A stretch of 64,000 nucleotides of DNA from positions 2,764 to 66,763 of the forward strand of contig JAYVMP010000175.1 of NCBI GenBank assembly GCA_043758895.1, written 5' to 3'. The notes beneath the pieces are model-generated. The model ran no database searches. It was not told where the DNA came from and saw only the letters and a list, made by a program, of their open reading frames with translations. Numbering within the stretch: the stretch's first letter is position 1; every line of letters begins with the position of its first letter. This DNA is from Bacteroidota bacterium. GTDB lineage: Bacteria > Bacteroidota > Bacteroidia > Cytophagales > Cyclobacteriaceae. Below, piece by piece: positions 46,697 to 57,214 of the stretch. A program made the translations under genes and the position numbers.

Positions 46697-47740
46697 ATGG
46701 AGCCAGCCGAACCTACCCCGAAAAAAAGAAATATTGCGCCTTTTATTATTGTACCTGTTGTGGTCGTGTTGTTGTTCTTTGGAATTCGCGCCTTGCTGTG
46801 CAGCTTTTCCTACGAATCCACCGATAATGCCCAAATCGAAACCAATGCGATTCCTATCGTAAGCCGGTTGGCCGGGTTTATTGATTCGTTAACCGTGGTG
46901 GATTATGGTACCGTGCGACAAGACAGTTTGCTGATTTCCATTGACGATCGCGAATATTTATTGGCAGTACTTCAATCCGAAACGGATTTGGCCAATGCCC
47001 ATGCCGACTTGGCCAATGCCCAAGCTCAATTGAACAACAGTTTGGCCAACAAACAAGTGACGTTGGCAAATGAAGATGTGCAGCGTACGCGTTTGCAAAA
47101 GGCCACTGATGATTTAAAGCGTGATGAAGGTTTATTTAAAGATGGGGCCATCACGCAAAAGCAGCTGGACGACAGTCGCAATAATTTTGAAGCTGCCGAG
47201 AAACAGTTGACGTCCAATCAACGGCAGGTAACTTTTGCGGTTTCACAAGTGGCCACTTCGCAAGCACAGATCAAAAAAGCAGAAGCCTCGGTGGAGACAG
47301 GCCTTGCCGCCCTGGAGTTGAGCAAACTTCGGTTGAGCTATTGCAGCATTTATGCCCCGGTAAACGGAAGGATCGGAAAGCGGAATTTGGAAGTGGGGCA
47401 ATACGTTCAGCCCGGCCAGCCTTTAATGACCGTAGTGAACAACGATAAGTTTTGGGTCGTGGCCAATTTTAAGGAAACCCAGTTGGAAAAAATGATGGTA
47501 GGGCAGGAGGTGAGTGTGAAGTTGGATGGCTACCCGGATATTGATATCAAAGGGAAAATTGCTTCGTTCAGCCTGGCCACAGGTGCCAAGTTTTCGCTGT
47601 TGCCACCGGATAATTCTACCGGAAATTTTGTAAAGATTACACAGCGGGTTCCGGTAAAAATTGAATTGGATGACGACTCAAAATACAAAGACATTCTCAA
47701 GGCTGGCTTGAGCGTGGAGGTGGAGGTAAAAGTGAAGTAA
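46697..47740 (+). CDS. EmrA/HlyD family membrane fusion protein
   Basis: ESTDNAQI, IYAPVNG, VVANFKETQL, FSLLPPDNSTGNFVKITQRVPVKI. Confidence 0.95.
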   Translation: MEPAEPTPKKRNIAPFIIVPVVVVLLFFGIRALLCSFSYESTDNAQIETNAIPIVSRLAGFIDSLTVVDYGTVRQDSLLISIDDREYLLAVLQSETDLANAHADLANAQAQLNNSLANKQVTLANEDVQRTRLQKATDDLKRDEGLFKDGAITQKQLDDSRNNFEAAEKQLTSNQRQVTFAVSQVATSQAQIKKAEASVETGLAALELSKLRLSYCSIYAPVNGRIGKRNLEVGQYVQPGQPLMTVVNNDKFWVVANFKETQLEKMMVGQEVSVKLDGYPDIDIKGKIASFSLATGAKFSLLPPDNSTGNFVKITQRVPVKIELDDDSKYKDILKAGLSVEVEVKVK

Positions 47741-47744
47741 CCCG

Positions 47745-49340
47745 ATGTCGGCATCACCCTCTTCTGCATTGCCTACCGGTTTCGCGCGGGCCATCATTGT
47801 GATCACCACGATATCGGCCGCGATCATGGAGTTGATTGATACGTCCATCGTCAATGTGGCCTTGTCAGATATCAGTGGAAACCTGGGGGCAACTATTGAA
47901 GATACCTCATGGGTGGTGACGGCTTACGCGATTGCAAACGTGATAATCATTCCGCTCACGGGTTTTTTTGCCAAGTTATTTGGCCGGAAAAAATATTACA
48001 TCGTATCCATTTTTATTTTTACCATCTCTTCGTACATGTGCGGTCAGGCAGGAAGCCTGATCTCATTGGTGATCTGGCGCTTTATTCAAGGCATAGGGGG
48101 AGGTGCATTGCTTTCTACTTCGCAGGGAATTTTGTTTGATGCTTTCGAGCCGGCCAAGCGCCCGATTGCCTCCGCCATGTTTGGAATGGGCATTGTGCTC
48201 GGGCCGACTATCGGGCCCATCTTAGGCGGTGTCATTGTCGATAATTATTCGTGGCCTCTCATTTTTTACATCAATATCCCATTTGGGATCGTGGCTACCA
48301 TCCTCACGTTGCGCTATATCAGACGGACGGAAGATGAAAAGAACCCTAACCGTCAAAAGCCGGTGATTGATTTTCTGGGTATTTCTCTTTTGGCTGTTGG
48401 CGTAGGGAGTTTGGAGTATGTGCTGGAGAAGGGGCAATCGGACGATTGGTTTGAGGACACCACGATCTTAATCCTTTCGATTGCTGCCGCTGTGGGGTTG
48501 ATTACTTTTATTTATCGCGAACTCACTGCCGAGAAGCCCATGATCAATTTGCAGGTAATGAAGCGAAGGAACCTGTGGGCCAGCAACGTGCTCACTTTTT
48601 CGGTAGGCTTCGGCATGTTTGGTTCGGTATTTATTTTTCCCGTGTTGGTGCAGCGCATTTTGGGCTACACACCAACCGATGCGGGCATCGGGTTAGTGCC
48701 GAGTGCCATCGCAGCAATTTTCTGCATGCCCATCATCGGCCGTAGGCTTGGGGCTGGTACACCCCCGTTACTTTTTGTGGTCATCGGTTTTTTGTTTTTT
48801 ATTTTGCATGGCTACACTTCTTCGCTCGTTACACCCGATGTAGGGCTTCCCTTTTTCTTTTGGACACAAATATTTCGGGGGATAGGAACAGCCTGCCTAA
48901 CGGTGCCATTGATCAATCAAGCAGTAGTAGGACTTACGCCACAAGAAATGCCGAGTGGAATTGCGCTCACCAATATGCTTCGGCAATTGGGTGGCGCATT
49001 TGGTATAGCGGTGATGAACACCTACCTGACACAGCGGTATGCCGTGCACCGGAATGACTTAGTGAGCAATTTGCAGCTATCCGATCCGAACCTGATTCAG
49101 CGGCTGTCGCAATACCAGGTTGGTGCGGTGAATGCGGGCATCAACTCAACCCAGTCAACCGATTTTAGTTATAAACTATTGGACTTGGCGGTGACCAAGC
49201 AAAGTTTTTTGATGGCTTATGCCGATACGTTTATATTGATCGCGCTCTTTTTTGTGTGCGTGATCCCGTTCATGTTTTTGCTGCGAACCCAGAAAGTGAG
49301 CAAAGCCACAATGCAAAAAATTTCAGAAGAAAGTCATTAG
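47745..49340 (+). CDS. DHA2 family MFS efflux permease (EmrB-like)
   Basis: 14-TM; MELIDTSIVNVAL, SWVVTAY, RFIQGIGGG, GPTIGPILGG, RQLGGAFG. Confidence 0.95.
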   Translation: MSASPSSALPTGFARAIIVITTISAAIMELIDTSIVNVALSDISGNLGATIEDTSWVVTAYAIANVIIIPLTGFFAKLFGRKKYYIVSIFIFTISSYMCGQAGSLISLVIWRFIQGIGGGALLSTSQGILFDAFEPAKRPIASAMFGMGIVLGPTIGPILGGVIVDNYSWPLIFYINIPFGIVATILTLRYIRRTEDEKNPNRQKPVIDFLGISLLAVGVGSLEYVLEKGQSDDWFEDTTILILSIAAAVGLITFIYRELTAEKPMINLQVMKRRNLWASNVLTFSVGFGMFGSVFIFPVLVQRILGYTPTDAGIGLVPSAIAAIFCMPIIGRRLGAGTPPLLFVVIGFLFFILHGYTSSLVTPDVGLPFFFWTQIFRGIGTACLTVPLINQAVVGLTPQEMPSGIALTNMLRQLGGAFGIAVMNTYLTQRYAVHRNDLVSNLQLSDPNLIQRLSQYQVGAVNAGINSTQSTDFSYKLLDLAVTKQSFLMAYADTFILIALFFVCVIPFMFLLRTQKVSKATMQKISEESH

Positions 49341-49375
49341 GATTTACGGTTTACGATTTTTGATTTACGATTTTA
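49341..49375. repeat. Heptamer array
   Basis: GATTTAC GGTTTAC GATTTTT GATTTAC GATTTTA. Confidence 0.75.
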
Positions 49376-49385
49376 ATAGGACCTT

Positions 49386-50663
49386 ATGAAAAAGATAGTT
49401 GCATCCATTGCCTTTTTGTTTGTATTCGCTTTCGCGGAGGCGCAGACCAACAACGAATTGAATACGCTAATCAATCAATCGTTCACTTATTTTCCACGCA
49501 TTCAGGAACTGCATAAAGCGGCAGAAGTCTCCGACTTGCGCGTGGGGCTGTCGCGCAGCAATTATCTTCCGGTAGTGGCGGGCAACGGATCCTATACCTA
49601 CGTAACTCCTTTAAGCAAAGCGAATTTTGGCGGCAGTGAATTTAAGTTTCAGCCCAACAACAATTACAACTTCAACCTCTCTGTAACACAACCGATCTGG
49701 GATTTTGGAAAGACAAATGCCTTGATCGCAAAATCAAAAACGGAATTGCTAACGGCCACCACCAACATCGAGCAAACCAAAGCACAGGTAGCATCTCAGG
49801 TGGCCACCGTTTATTATTCGATGGTTTATTTAAAGAAAGCGATTGCTGTGGAAGACTCGATTTTGTCTTTTCTGCGGGCTAACAAAACCATCGTTGAAAA
49901 CCGGATCAAACGGGGCGATGTATTGCAGATTGATGCAACCAATATTCAAAGCAACATCGACCTGGAGGAAAACCGAAAAGTAGATTTTGTGAATTCATGG
50001 CAGAAACAAAAAGCGTTGCTGGAATACTCCACCGGGGTGAGCGCGGAGCCGGTGTCATCCGATTTCGATTTTCCCGCTTTCGTGGAGTCGCCCATTGCCG
50101 ACTATGCCAAGCAAAATAATTTTGATCTTCGGTTAGCCAATCAACGGACGTTGGCGAGTGAAATGGATTTGAAATTTTCTGAAAATAACCGCTACCCCAT
50201 TCTATCATTTGTTGGAGGCACGGGTTACAAAAATGGGTACCAGCCCAACATCAATCCACTGATTTTTAATTACGCGTTGGGGCTGAACCTGAGTGTGCCG
50301 ATTTACAATGCCGGAAAAAACAATCAAAACGTTCACATCGCGCAAAAGACATTGGAGGCGAACCAATTGGCCGTGAAGGCCACCGAAAATAATTTGCGCA
50401 GAGAACTTGCCCAAGTACAAGCCGACTTGACCTCAAATGCGGAGCGGATTAAAAATTCAGAAAGCCAAGTGAACTATGCACGGGAAGCTTTGACGTTGAC
50501 CCAATCGCGCTACCAGCATGGTGTGGCCACGCATTTGGATTTGCTCAATTCATCTTCCAACCTGCAACGTATTTTGCTTAACCAAATCCAGTTTCAATAC
50601 CAACTTTGCACGGCCCGTATTGAGCAGGCAAGGTTGCTCGGGTGGAAGTATTGGGGAGAATGA
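49386..50663 (+). CDS. TolC family outer-membrane channel
   Basis: Signal peptide, two OEP repeats, QPIWDFG, LSVPIYNAG, RYQHGVATHLDLL. Confidence 0.93.
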   Translation: MKKIVASIAFLFVFAFAEAQTNNELNTLINQSFTYFPRIQELHKAAEVSDLRVGLSRSNYLPVVAGNGSYTYVTPLSKANFGGSEFKFQPNNNYNFNLSVTQPIWDFGKTNALIAKSKTELLTATTNIEQTKAQVASQVATVYYSMVYLKKAIAVEDSILSFLRANKTIVENRIKRGDVLQIDATNIQSNIDLEENRKVDFVNSWQKQKALLEYSTGVSAEPVSSDFDFPAFVESPIADYAKQNNFDLRLANQRTLASEMDLKFSENNRYPILSFVGGTGYKNGYQPNINPLIFNYALGLNLSVPIYNAGKNNQNVHIAQKTLEANQLAVKATENNLRRELAQVQADLTSNAERIKNSESQVNYAREALTLTQSRYQHGVATHLDLLNSSSNLQRILLNQIQFQYQLCTARIEQARLLGWKYWGE

Positions 50664-50694
50664 TCACTCACTGAAGATTACTTTAACCATCCCA

Positions 50695-51453
50695 TCAAAA
50701 CACAAAACTGATTTCTTTTAAACTGAACAATTCACTCCGGTTGTCATGGCGAACAATTAATTCACCATTTTCGCTGAGTCCTTCGATCACCCCATCAAAC
50801 TTTCGATCGCCAGAGGTAAAAAGCCTTCGTTCGCCAAGACCGAAAAGGTTTTCTAAATATTCCTTTTTAAGCCTGCCATGTTTCCCGCCACGTAATTGCA
50901 GGTAACGTTGTTCAAATTTTTCCAAAAGGGAATTCAACGCGTCATTCAAATTAAAATTTTGGTTGGTCAGTGCGGCCACTGACGTAGCTGATGGCGTAAT
51001 AAATTTTTTCTGGTTGATATTTAGCCCAATGCCAATGATGCTCTGCTGGATCGATCCGCCCTGAATGGAATTCTCGATCAAAATCCCGCAGATTTTATTT
51101 TGGCGCACAAGCACATCGTTAGGCCACTTTATTTTTATTTCCCCGATAGACTTGGTTATTAAAAAGTCTGCGATGGCCAAAGAGGTAATGATGGTAAGGT
51201 AGAACTGGTTTTTGACCGGCAGAAAGGAGGGCTTTAGCAAAATAGAGAACGTGAGGTTCATTCCAGCCTCTGTTTCCCAAGTGTTTCCACGTTGCCCCCG
51301 GCCAGCCGTTTGATTGGAAGTGATCACCACCGTTCCCTCCAACGGAATACTTTGGGAAGCTAGTTCGGATGCCAATGAATTGGTGGAATGACATTCTGGC
51401 ACGGAAACAAGCCTTTGTCCGATGAAAAGAGTATTGGCAAAGATTTTATACAA
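50695..51453 (-). CDS. birA: Biotin--protein ligase (no N-terminal HTH)
   Basis: STNS, QTAGRGQRGNTW, KWPNDV, KICGILIE. Confidence 0.96.
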   Translation of the reverse strand: MYKIFANTLFIGQRLVSVPECHSTNSLASELASQSIPLEGTVVITSNQTAGRGQRGNTWETEAGMNLTFSILLKPSFLPVKNQFYLTIITSLAIADFLITKSIGEIKIKWPNDVLVRQNKICGILIENSIQGGSIQQSIIGIGLNINQKKFITPSATSVAALTNQNFNLNDALNSLLEKFEQRYLQLRGGKHGRLKKEYLENLFGLGERRLFTSGDRKFDGVIEGLSENGELIVRHDNRSELFSLKEISFVF

Positions 51454-51564
51454 TAGTTTTTGGTTAGATTTGCAAGTTATGTTGTGCTGATTACCGAAAA
51501 AAGGCCGTAGGTCAAATTTGAGTAACGGACTTTAAGCAGTTAAAATAAAACCCCAAATTAATTA

Positions 51565-51933
51565 ATGGCAAGAAAGAAAAAGCCTGACTCTGAAAAACTT
51601 GCCGACCTGGTGGTGAAAGGAATGCAGGAGAAGAAAGCATCCGATATTGTGGTAATGGACTTGCGCGAAGTAAAGAACGCAGTAACTGATTTTTTTGTGA
51701 TTGCCTCTGGTAATTCAGATAAGCAATTGAGTGCCATTTCAGATTCGGTGGACGAATTTGTTGCAAAAGGACTTAAAGAAAACCCATGGCATAAAGAAGG
51801 GCACAACAATAAAGAGTGGGTGCTTCTCGACTACATCACCGTGGTGGTGCACATTTTCAATAAAGACCGAAGATCTTTTTTTGGGCTGGAGAAACTTTGG
51901 GGCGATGCAAAGATTACGATGATTGAAGATTGA
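51565..51933 (+). CDS. rsfS: Ribosome silencing factor
   Basis: KKASDIVVMDL, DFFVIASG, WVLLDYITVVVHIF, FFGLEKLWGDA. Confidence 0.96.
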   Translation: MARKKKPDSEKLADLVVKGMQEKKASDIVVMDLREVKNAVTDFFVIASGNSDKQLSAISDSVDEFVAKGLKENPWHKEGHNNKEWVLLDYITVVVHIFNKDRRSFFGLEKLWGDAKITMIED

Positions 51934-51981
51934 ACCATTACTTTAAAACACCGTTAATTCATTTTTTTAACATTCAATTCA

Positions 51982-54024
51982 ATGGCAGACAAAGAGCGAG
52001 GTATGGACAAGGATAGGAAAATATTGCCACCTAAGGTTCCCAAACCCAATTATCAGGTGTGGGTGATTTTAGCATTGACGGCCGTGGTGCTCGGTATTAC
52101 CTTCTTAAAGGGCGCCCGCGGCCTGATCGACATTCAGACATCACAGTTTGAAGCAATGATTGCCAGCAACGATGTGAAACGAGTTCAGTTGTATAAGCAA
52201 GATGCGGAAATCCAAATCACCTTGAAGCCGGAAGCATTGCAAAATGCCAAGTATAGAATAGAATTAGGAAAAGATAGCCCTTTGGGATTAGGGCAAAGTG
52301 GGCCGCACTACATCTGCAAAATCGGAAGCCAGGAAGTTTTTGAGAACCGCTATGCCGAACTCAGAAATAAATATCCCAATGCGCCAGACCTTGAATACGA
52401 AAGAGGCGGACAGTACGACTGGATCACAAGTTATGGTATTCTCATTCTCTTGCTCGTTGGTTTTTGGATGCTCATGCGCAGGATGACGGGTGGTGCCGGG
52501 CCAGGCGGACAAATTTTTAATATCGGAAAAAGCAAGGCCGCGCTCTTCGATGCCGAAAGCAAAGTGAAGATCACCTTCGAAGATGTTGCGGGCTTGGAAG
52601 AAGCCAAAGAAGAAGTAAAAGAGATTGTTGATTTTTTGAAGACGCCTCAAAAATTTACGAAGCTTGGGGGAAAAATCCCCAAAGGAGCATTGCTCGTTGG
52701 CCCTCCCGGAACGGGCAAAACATTGTTGGCGAAAGCAGTGGCCGGAGAAGCGGCTGTGCCCTTCTTCTCTCTTTCAGGCTCTGACTTTGTCGAGATGTTT
52801 GTGGGCGTAGGCGCAGCTCGTGTGCGCGACCTCTTCAAGCAAGCAAAAGAGAAAGCCCCCTGCATCGTTTTCATTGACGAGATCGATGCCATCGGCCGCT
52901 CCCGAGGCCGTGGTCAAATGCCCGGTGCAAATGATGAACGCGAAAATACCTTGAACTCGCTGCTGGTGGAGATGGATGGCTTCGCCACCGATAGTGGTGT
53001 TATTATTTTGGCTGCCACCAATAGACCTGATGTGCTGGATTCGGCCCTGATGCGGCCCGGGCGTTTTGATCGCCAGATCAGCATCGACAGACCCGATATC
53101 GCTGGGCGCGAGCAGATATTTAAAGTGCACCTCAAGCCGATCAAGCTCTCCAAAGATTTAGATATAAAAAAATTGGCGGCACAAACCCCGGGCTTTGCCG
53201 GAGCAGAAATTGCCAACGTGTGCAATGAAGCAGCACTCATTGCGGCCCGGAGAGACAAGAAAGAAGTGGAGATGATCGACTTTCAGGATGCGGTCGATCG
53301 CGTGATCGGTGGCCTTGAAAAGAAAAATAAAATCATCTCCCCGGAAGAAAAGAAAATCGTGGCCTACCATGAAGCTGGTCATGCCGTGGCCGGTTGGTTT
53401 TTGGAGCATGCCGATCCCCTCGTGAAGGTGAGCATTGTGCCACGCGGTGCAGCCGCGCTCGGCTACGCCCAATATTTACCGAAAGAACAATTTCTCTACC
53501 AAACAGAACAGTTGATCGATGAAATGTGCATGGCCTTTGGTGGCCGTGCTGCCGAAGACCTTGTGTTTGCAAAAATTTCCACCGGAGCGTTAAGCGATCT
53601 GGAGCGGATCACCAAATTGGCATACAGCATGGTAACTGTTTATGGTATGAATAAAGAGATTGGAAATATTTCTTTTTATGACTCCAAGCAATCGGATTAC
53701 ACTTTTAACAAGCCGTATTCTGATGCAACCGCAGAACGTATTGATCAGGAAGTGAAGAAGATCATCGAAAGCGCATTTGAACGAACGAAGAGCCTGTTGA
53801 GTCATCACCGGGAAAAGCTGGAGATCATTGCCAAGGAGTTGCTGGAAAAAGAGATTTTATTCCAATCGGATTTGGAGCGATTGATTGGCAAGAGGCCGTT
53901 TGCCCACCAGACCGCATATGAGAAATTCACCAATGGGGCTGCCCTTCCAGAAAAGAAGGCGCCTGAATTGGGAAGTGTGAATGGTGCAGAACCTGCCCCC
54001 GAAACCACCTCTGTTCCTAAATGA
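51982..54024 (+). CDS. ftsH: ATP-dependent zinc metalloprotease FtsH
   Basis: 2 [28 protein letters not shown]. Confidence 0.99.
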   Translation: MADKERGMDKDRKILPPKVPKPNYQVWVILALTAVVLGITFLKGARGLIDIQTSQFEAMIASNDVKRVQLYKQDAEIQITLKPEALQNAKYRIELGKDSPLGLGQSGPHYICKIGSQEVFENRYAELRNKYPNAPDLEYERGGQYDWITSYGILILLLVGFWMLMRRMTGGAGPGGQIFNIGKSKAALFDAESKVKITFEDVAGLEEAKEEVKEIVDFLKTPQKFTKLGGKIPKGALLVGPPGTGKTLLAKAVAGEAAVPFFSLSGSDFVEMFVGVGAARVRDLFKQAKEKAPCIVFIDEIDAIGRSRGRGQMPGANDERENTLNSLLVEMDGFATDSGVIILAATNRPDVLDSALMRPGRFDRQISIDRPDIAGREQIFKVHLKPIKLSKDLDIKKLAAQTPGFAGAEIANVCNEAALIAARRDKKEVEMIDFQDAVDRVIGGLEKKNKIISPEEKKIVAYHEAGHAVAGWFLEHADPLVKVSIVPRGAAALGYAQYLPKEQFLYQTEQLIDEMCMAFGGRAAEDLVFAKISTGALSDLERITKLAYSMVTVYGMNKEIGNISFYDSKQSDYTFNKPYSDATAERIDQEVKKIIESAFERTKSLLSHHREKLEIIAKELLEKEILFQSDLERLIGKRPFAHQTAYEKFTNGAALPEKKAPELGSVNGAEPAPETTSVPK

Positions 54025-54116
54025 AATAAACAGCATTGCCTAACAAGTTTTAAAAACCTGTAAGGCTCAACTGTACAGGAGGAGCTGGCAAAAGCAGGTT
54101 TTTTATTTTTACTGAT

Positions 54117-54881
54117 ATGCAAATCAATCTCCCTGAAGGAAAAAAAATCTATTTTGCTTCTGATTTTCATTTAGGAGTGCCGGGCCGTGATTCCAGTTTG
54201 GTTCGTGAAAAAAAAATCGTGGCCTGGCTAGATCAACTACAACACAATGCGCACTCCATTTACCTCTTGGGTGATATTTTTGACTTTTGGTTTGAGTACA
54301 AGCAGGCCATACCCAAAGGGTTTATCCGGCTGCAAGGAAAATTAGCCGAGCTTAGAGACAAGGGATTGCCCATTTATTTTTTTACCGGGAATCATGACAT
54401 GTGGATGTTTGATTATTTCACCAACGAATTAGGTATTGTCATTTACCGTGAGCCCCAGGTTTTGAATGTAAATAGTCTAAAACTTTTGATCGGCCACGGA
54501 GACGGCCTGGGGCAGGGTGATACAATTTATAAGTTGCTGAAATGGTTTTTTAACAGTGGTGTCTGCCAGTGGTTGTTTGCACGCATCCATCCCAACCTGG
54601 GGATTTCATTAGCTAAATTTTGGAGCCGCAAGAGCAGGATCAGCAACAACGCAAGGGAAGAAAAATTCAATGGAGAAGAAAATGAGTTTTTATTGACGTA
54701 TTGTAGGGAGTTAGAAAAAAGACAACATTACGACTTCTATATTTTTGGGCATCGCCACCTACCGTTGGATTTAAAAGTAGGAGAGAACAGCCGTTATATC
54801 AATTTAGGCGAGTGGGTGCATTTCAATACGTACGCTGTGTTAGATGGCCAATCGATAGCGTTAAAGACATTCGAAGGCTAA
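54117..54881 (+). CDS. lpxH: UDP-2,3-diacylglucosamine diphosphatase
   Basis: ASDFHLG, LGDIFDFW, GNHD, GHGDG, FGHRH, NLGEW. Confidence 0.9.
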   Translation: MQINLPEGKKIYFASDFHLGVPGRDSSLVREKKIVAWLDQLQHNAHSIYLLGDIFDFWFEYKQAIPKGFIRLQGKLAELRDKGLPIYFFTGNHDMWMFDYFTNELGIVIYREPQVLNVNSLKLLIGHGDGLGQGDTIYKLLKWFFNSGVCQWLFARIHPNLGISLAKFWSRKSRISNNAREEKFNGEENEFLLTYCRELEKRQHYDFYIFGHRHLPLDLKVGENSRYINLGEWVHFNTYAVLDGQSIALKTFEG

Positions 54882-55702
54882 TGGATTGCGCTCTTTTTTT
54901 TAAATCCGTCTTTGCATTGTTTTTTTCTGCCGCATTACTTTTTAGTTCGTCCACTCAAGGGCAAGTCTTAAAAAAAATAAAAGAATTCCGGCCGGGGAAA
55001 ATTGAAAATGTTTCGATTGACCGGCTCGGTAATTTTTTTTTGATTTTCAAAAATGGCAGGATAAAAAAATACAATGCCAATGGAAAGGTCTTGGCATCAT
55101 TAAAGAATGAAAAAAGCCCGACCCTGATCGAACCTTGGTTTCATCCTAAAATTTTCGTTTACGAACAAGTGAATCATACTTGGATGAGTTATGACCGCAA
55201 TTTTAAAAATAACGAGACCTATCCGCTGGATCCATCAGTAGCCATCAGCCCTTTGCTGGTATGCCCAACCGGTGACAATAAACTATTGGTATTGGATAAA
55301 GCCGATTACTCTATAAAAAGCGTAAATCCATTTCGTAGTGAAGTTACATCTGAATTTTACCTTGACTCTGCAGAAAATCACCCCGATTTTATTTATTTAA
55401 GAGCGTATCAAAACCTGATTTTTTTGCTCGATAAAAATTCAGGTATCCACATTTACAACAAAGAAGGAAAAAAAGTCAATCAGCTTAAGACAACTTCTAA
55501 CAACTTTGGTTTTTTTGGCGAGGAACTTTATTTTATTCAACTCGGTAAAATTGTTTTTTTTGATTTGTACACTGAGAAAATCAGGGAATTGAAGATTGCT
55601 GATGCCAGATTTGTTCTGGTTTCCGATGAAAGGATTTTGTTGGTCAGTAGCAATGACGAAGTTTCTATTTTTGAGTTTTCGGCTGATAAATTGAAAGATT
55701 GA
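54881..55702 (+). CDS. Secreted hypothetical protein, possible beta-propeller
   Basis: Signal peptide after the ATG at 54881; SIDRLGNFFL, IKKYNANGK, IHIYNKEGK repeats (NHL-like). Confidence 0.55.
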   Translation: MDCALFFKSVFALFFSAALLFSSSTQGQVLKKIKEFRPGKIENVSIDRLGNFFLIFKNGRIKKYNANGKVLASLKNEKSPTLIEPWFHPKIFVYEQVNHTWMSYDRNFKNNETYPLDPSVAISPLLVCPTGDNKLLVLDKADYSIKSVNPFRSEVTSEFYLDSAENHPDFIYLRAYQNLIFLLDKNSGIHIYNKEGKKVNQLKTTSNNFGFFGEELYFIQLGKIVFFDLYTEKIRELKIADARFVLVSDERILLVSSNDEVSIFEFSADKLKD

Positions 55703-55846
55703 TTTATGGATGTATCCATTTAGCTTCTCTGTTCAATTTTGGGCATCTTTGTATGAAGCTGGACATTGGCGGAACGAATAGACATTTTTGGTCCCCTTCA
55801 ATTGGCATAATTTTTCTTATGAGGAATATCCACTAAACTTGAACCT

Positions 55847-57214
55847 GTGAACGAGAGCGGTAAAATATTGATGATCGATGACGATGAGGATGTGCTGTTG
55901 GCAGCCAAGATGTTGTTGAAAAAATCCAACCATCAGGTAATCATCGAAAAAAATCCCAACAAGATCCCTTTCTTGCTGAATAACGATACCTACGATGTGA
56001 TCTTGCTCGACATGAACTTCAGCAAGGATACCACCAGCGGCAAAGAAGGTTTTGAATGGTTGAAGCAAATCAAGGGCCGCGACCCCCAAGCCGTGGTGAT
56101 CATGATCACGGCCTTTGGCGATGTGGAGATGGCAGTGCGCGCCTTGAAAGAGGGGGCAACGGATTTCATATTGAAGCCTTGGCAAAACGAAAAATTAGTT
56201 GCCACCATTTCTACTGCGATCAAACTGAAGAAATCATACAATGAAGTGGATAAACTCCGCAAGGCGAAACAAATGCTGGAGGAGCAGATCAGCCAACCGT
56301 TTCGGGATATCATTGGGCAAAGCGCCTCGCTCAAGGAAGTTTTTTCATTGATCGACAAGGTGGCAAAAACCGATGCCAACATTTTGATCCTTGGCGAGAA
56401 CGGAACAGGCAAAGAGTTGGTGGCCCGTGCCATTCATCAAAACTCGTTGAGAAAGGATAATTCATTTGTAGCGGTGGACATGGGTGCCATCACTGAAACA
56501 CTGTTTGAAAGTGAATTGTTTGGTCATAAAAAGGGTGCCTTCACCGATGCGCGCGAAGATCGGCCGGGTAGGTTTGAGTTGGCCAATCACGGCACACTTT
56601 TCCTCGATGAAATTGGCAACCTCGGCATGAGCCTTCAAAGCAAACTCCTAAGTGCACTGCAATCGCGGCAAGTTACACGGGTAGGGGCAAACCACGCCAT
56701 GGACATTGACATCCGTTTGATTTGCGCCACCAACATGCCCCTGCACGACATGGTCAAAGTAGGAAGGTTTAGACAAGATTTGTTATACCGGATCAATACC
56801 GTTGAGATTAACATTCCGCCTTTGTGCGACCGCATTGACGATATTCCTTCACTTGCCCTCCACTTCTTGAATTATTATTCTAAAAAATACCACAAAGAGG
56901 TGATCTCCATTTCACCGGATGCGATTGGTAAATTAAAAAAATATCCCTGGCCTGGCAACGTGCGTGAATTGCAGCATGCCATCGAGCGTGCCGTGATCAT
57001 GGCCGATTCAAACACGCTTCAGGAAAGTGATTTTTTATTTAGTAGAAAGGGGAACGAAATCGCTTCGTTGGATACCTTGAATTTGGATGAAGTAGAAAAG
57101 TCTGCGGTAGTGAAAGCGATTCAGTTGCACAGCGGCAATATTTCAAAAGCGGCCGAAGAGCTGGGGCTCACGCGCGCTTCGCTCTATCGCAGGATGGAAA
57201 AATATGGACTTTAA
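55847..57214 (+). CDS. Sigma-54-dependent response regulator (NtrC family)
   Basis: Receiver IDDD/LLDMN, GENGTGKE, ESELFGH, GAFTDA, LFLDEIG, WPGNVREL, Fis HTH. Confidence 0.96.
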   Translation: MNESGKILMIDDDEDVLLAAKMLLKKSNHQVIIEKNPNKIPFLLNNDTYDVILLDMNFSKDTTSGKEGFEWLKQIKGRDPQAVVIMITAFGDVEMAVRALKEGATDFILKPWQNEKLVATISTAIKLKKSYNEVDKLRKAKQMLEEQISQPFRDIIGQSASLKEVFSLIDKVAKTDANILILGENGTGKELVARAIHQNSLRKDNSFVAVDMGAITETLFESELFGHKKGAFTDAREDRPGRFELANHGTLFLDEIGNLGMSLQSKLLSALQSRQVTRVGANHAMDIDIRLICATNMPLHDMVKVGRFRQDLLYRINTVEINIPPLCDRIDDIPSLALHFLNYYSKKYHKEVISISPDAIGKLKKYPWPGNVRELQHAIERAVIMADSNTLQESDFLFSRKGNEIASLDTLNLDEVEKSAVVKAIQLHSGNISKAAEELGLTRASLYRRMEKYGL

